This document shows, piece by piece, positions 60,138 to 64,000 of a stretch of 64,000 bases of DNA. Each line of letters begins with the position of its first letter. Positions within the stretch are counted from its first letter, which is position 1. The notes under the pieces were generated by a model, which searched no databases, was not told the DNA's origin, and was given only the letters and a program-made list of their open reading frames with translations. Both the position numbers and the translations under genes were made by a program. This DNA comes from Narcine bancroftii (taxonomy: Eukaryota), in assembly GCF_036971445.1 (NCBI RefSeq), contig NC_091476.1, forward strand, positions 101,246,001-101,310,000, written 5' to 3'.

Positions 60138-61617
60138 AGAAGACACTAATGGCTATTTCAGCTGAAGTTTGCATCAAGCCAGTGTATTTTGGTTGAATGC
60201 TTATGAAAAGACTGCAGCAGTACAATCTGAGGAAGAAACATCTGGATTTCTGGCAGTAACATCTGGATTTCTGCATTTAACTGAACATTTGGGATGTGGG
60301 AGGTTGCAATCAGCAGTTCACTAATAACTGCCTCATTCTAACAACTGCAAATTGTTGATCAAAATATAATTGCTTGGTTCCTGTTAAAATTTTGTTCCTG
60401 TCGACAATTTGCAATGAATATCAGCATTAACACCTAGACATCGATGTTATTGAGAAGCATGAATGTGATCGTCATGTACATTATGTACTAAATAATTTCA
60501 GAAAGGTTAACCTCCAAGTAGTTTTCCCAAATCGCAAACACTTTCAAATAAGTTTTAATCACCAGTATAATGCATTTGTCAATGTAATTTAGAGAGGAAA
60601 GATTTATTGGGATATAAATTGAATTCAGGCAAATGGGACTAGCTTAATGGGCATGAAGTTGGGCTGAATGGCCTGTTTCTGTGTAATCTTCTATGACTCC
60701 ATGACAAAATAAGTCATTTTTTTCCCATTTATTTTCTCAAACCCAATTCCAGCATTTTCACTCAAGATGACTCAATGCCATGACTTCTCGAACTCTCCTG
60801 TTCTGGTTGGTATAAATGAGAGAGAAATGGAAAACAGAAGATGCAGAGATTTAAAGGAAGGACACTACAAATTCAAAAGAATATGACCCAGGAACTAATA
60901 AAAAGACTGGGCTACTGCCCTTGTAAAAAGAAAGTTGAGGGCTAACCTACCAAAGGCCTTTAAAATTGTGACATGTCGCTGAGGCAGAGGGAATATTTCT
61001 AGATAGCTAGAAAACATCAATTTAAGAGAGTCAACAGGTTCTTTCTTCAATGTTTTGGCTTTATCTGAGATTTCCATCTCCTATTTTGGGGGAAGGCTTA
61101 ACAGGTTTAAGATATATAATTACCTTGGAAAACTGGCAATTATGTGTTAAGTATCAATCCTTCCATTTAATCTGAATAAAGTATGTTGAACAACGCAAAA
61201 TGGATATTGAATCACTGGTAACAAATGCTCATGAAACAGCACGCTCCACTTCATGATCACTCATGTGTTTTGTATAAATGTCAGAAGCCTTGAATCATGG
61301 GCATGGTAAGACAACAAACACTTCGAATGCACTATCATGCTTTATGACACTGTAAACCACTGCATTTTGTTCTTATTTAGTCCTGAAGAGCTCAGGATTG
61401 CCTGCACAGTTTAAATAAAAAGTGTCACTTAATTAATTTCACGTGAAGTAATTAATTCTGGGATATTGGTCTCCTTTATAAATGCAGGTGAGGGGAATGG
61501 ATTGCAGTCTTGGAAAAGACTGTCTATCTTGCATCCAGCCCTGAGTGGGTGAAGGAAGTGGTTTGGGTTGGTAGGTGGGCCTTACATGATCAGATGAGTT
61601 TCTCCCACACTTTAGTG

Positions 61618-61717
61618 TCTTTGGCTTGGCTTCGCGGACGAAGATTTATGGAGGGGGTAAAAGTCCACGTCAGCTGCAGGCTCGTTTGTGGCTGACAAGT
61701 CCGATGCGGGATAGGCA
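61618..61717 (-). mobile_element. 100-bp RTE 3' end with 17-bp TSD
   Basis: TCTCCCACACTTTAGTG at 61601-61617 and 61718-61734. Confidence 0.93.
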
Positions 61718-61959
61718 TCTCCCACACTTTAGTGGATAACAAATGTAAAGGGCAGCACTCACCACTAGGGGAGATCTTGCTCAACCTTTTAAACAGCAGA
61801 TGAGAGACAGGTGTTCTTCCTGTTTATTCCTCATTAGATAAAGGAAGGGCAAAAAAAAGATGGAACAGATGTGCAGGATTCGTATTCAATAAAAAAAAGA
61901 TGCTTCACTTGTATGCTAATCTGCCTTAGGGAAATGCTAATTTATTTATGTCTCATTCT

Positions 61960-62937
61960 CTTCTCTTTGGCTTGGCTTCGCGGACGAAGATTTATGGAGG
62001 GGGTAAAAAGTCCACGTCAGCTGCAGGCTCGTTTGTGGCTGACCAGTCCGATGCGGGACAGGCAGACACGATTGCAGCGGTTGCAAGGGAAAATTGGTTG
62101 GTTGGGGTTGGGTGTTGGGTTTTTCCTCCTTTGCCTTTTGTCAGTGAGGTGGGCTCTGTGGTCTTCTTCAAAGGAGGCTGCTGCCCGCCAAACTGTGAGG
62201 CGCCAAGATGCACGGTTTGAGGCGTTATCAGCCCACTGGCGGTGGTCAATGTGGCAGGCACCAAGAGATTTCTTTAGGCAGTCCTTGTACCTTTTCTTTG
62301 GTGCACCTCTGTCACGGTGGCCAGTGGCGAGCTCGCCATATAATACGATCTTGGGAAGGCGATGGTCCTCCATTCTGGAGACGTGACCCATCCAGCGCAG
62401 CTGGATCTTCAGCAGCGTGGACTCGATGCTGTCGACCTCTGCCATCTCGAGTACCTCGACGTTAGGGGTGTGAGCGCTCCAATGGATGTTGAGGATGGAG
62501 CGGAGACAACGCTGGTGGAAGCGTTCTAGGAGCCGTAGGTGGTGCCGGTAGAGGACCCATGATTCGGAGCCGAACAGGAGTGTGGGTATGACAACGGCTC
62601 TGTATACGCTTATCTTTGTGAGGTTTTTCAGTTGGTTGTTTTTCCAGACTCTTTTGTGTAGTCTTCCAAAGGCGCTATTTGCCTTGGCGAGTCTGTTGTC
62701 TATCTCATTGTCGATCCTTGCATCTGATGAAATGGTGCAGCCGAGATAGGTAAACTTGTTGACCGTTTTGAGTTTTGTGTGCCCGATGGAGATGTGGGGG
62801 GGCTGGTAGTCATGGTGGGGAGCTGGCTGATGGAGGACCTCAGTTTTCTTCAGGCTGACTTCCAGGCCAAACATTTTGGCAGTTTCCGCAAAGCAGGACG
62901 TCAAGCGCTGAAGAGCTGGCTCTGAATGGGCAACTAA
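61960..62937 (-). mobile_element. Young 5'-truncated RTE with open reading frame and 11-bp TSD
   Basis: Nearly identical to 36720-37691. TSD TGTCTCATTCT at 61949-61959 and 62948-62958. Confidence 0.95.
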
Positions 62938-63778
62938 TGAGACATGGTGTCTCATTCTACTGCTTCATTAATGCACCATGCCTCAGAAATGAAAATTCAC
63001 CAAGTTACATGTCATATGAGCAGAGTTGTGATGCATTTCCCCTTCTTTCTCTCTCTTCCTTTCCACTTTTCCAACAAGTGAAGTTCTTTTTAGAGATACC
63101 ACCCAACAAGCTGCACCGCTCAAATACACTAATTAACCTACAAACACTGGATATCTTTGGAGGGTGGGAGGAAATCGGAGCACACAGACAAAACGTGCAA
63201 ACCTCTTACAGACTGCACTGGAGTCACACCTGGGTTGCAGGCACTGTAACAGTGTTGCGCTACCTACTACACTAATCGTGTCACCCTGTTGCATTGAATG
63301 TTCTCTGGCTTTCATTCCTTTTGACTGTGAAATAAGGACGTCCTGAGTTACAAAGCAATCATTGGGGCTGTTAAAGTGCAGTAAGGTGACTCCAAAGTCC
63401 CATTCCATGGGACAGAATCCCAACTCCAGGAAGTACTGAAATAGCAGGATTTAGTTAGATCCTTGGCCCCCATTTCCAGTGAACACAACCTAGCACAAGA
63501 TGTCTGAAGTGTGATTGTTTTACAGTGATAAAGTGGAACACATGGTGCTTTAAAAAAATGCAGGAGAGTAGTGAAAATTATTTTACAGATGGGACTTATT
63601 TTGAGAAGAACCCTTTGCCGTGATAAAAATATCTAAACAATTCTGTGAAGATGAAATGTTACAATGAAACCAATCTAGCGAGTCAGTAATGACTCCCAGG
63701 CCCATTGGAGTAAAACATGACTACAATTTTCAAAGGACAGGATTTAAATAATTTGAATAAAACAATCTAAATCATTAT

Positions 63779-64000
63779 ACATTTAAACCCCTGGTATCCA
63801 GTACTTATGGGGATTGGTAGATGCTGGATAAGTGAACTTACTGGTAGCTTGAGAGTGTGTGTGTTGCATTGAATGGTGAATTGACCGTTAGGGGCAGCAA
63901 TTTTAAACTTTCAAATTTTTTACCTATTTATTTTCCACAATATTTTTGCTGGTTACTTGAGGTTGCCAGTTGTTTGAATTCCGGATAATGGGGATTTTAC
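63779..64000 (+). mobile_element. Tc1/mariner-pogo-type MITE running to the window edge
   Basis: AAACCCCTGGTATCC ... GGATAATGGGGATTTTAC inverted ends; same family as 4967-5157. Confidence 0.65.

Noticed and set aside
3204-62937. Orientation bias of RTE copies (5 of 6 tails in host sense)
   Set aside because: Six copies is too few; 5 or more of 6 has probability 7/64 by chance.

Overview
Vertebrate genomic DNA, almost certainly intronic, and most likely from a cartilaginous fish (inferred from the repeat mix: V-type and Deu-type SINEs, CR1 with esterase ORF1, Rex/Babar, Penelope-like, RTE and L1). The only host coding sequence I can support is one 147-bp minus-strand exon (8412-8558) of IGSF9B/turtle. 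I could not find its neighbouring exons, so the rest is probably >55 kb of upstream intron plus >8 kb of downstream intron, filled with transposable elements. There are four main observations. (1) An RTE LINE with an intact coding sequence (36699-40406) carries a twin-priming-type 5' inversion, with a 12-bp TSD and no coding sequence lost. (2) About 3 kb away, an L1 (30321-33358) keeps its 5' end, lacks its 3' half and poly(A), has a perfect 20-bp TSD and points opposite to the polarity of its TTTT/AAAA endonuclease site. (3) A third RTE copy has a fold-back copy of its own target site at the 5' junction. (4) A 1.1-kb internally deleted RTE derivative (59043-60137) begins with a fully mappable HDV-like ribozyme fold. 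Most short ORFs in the supplied track are antisense or decayed TE frames. Family assignments come from motif recognition, not database searches, and boundaries of old elements are approximate.
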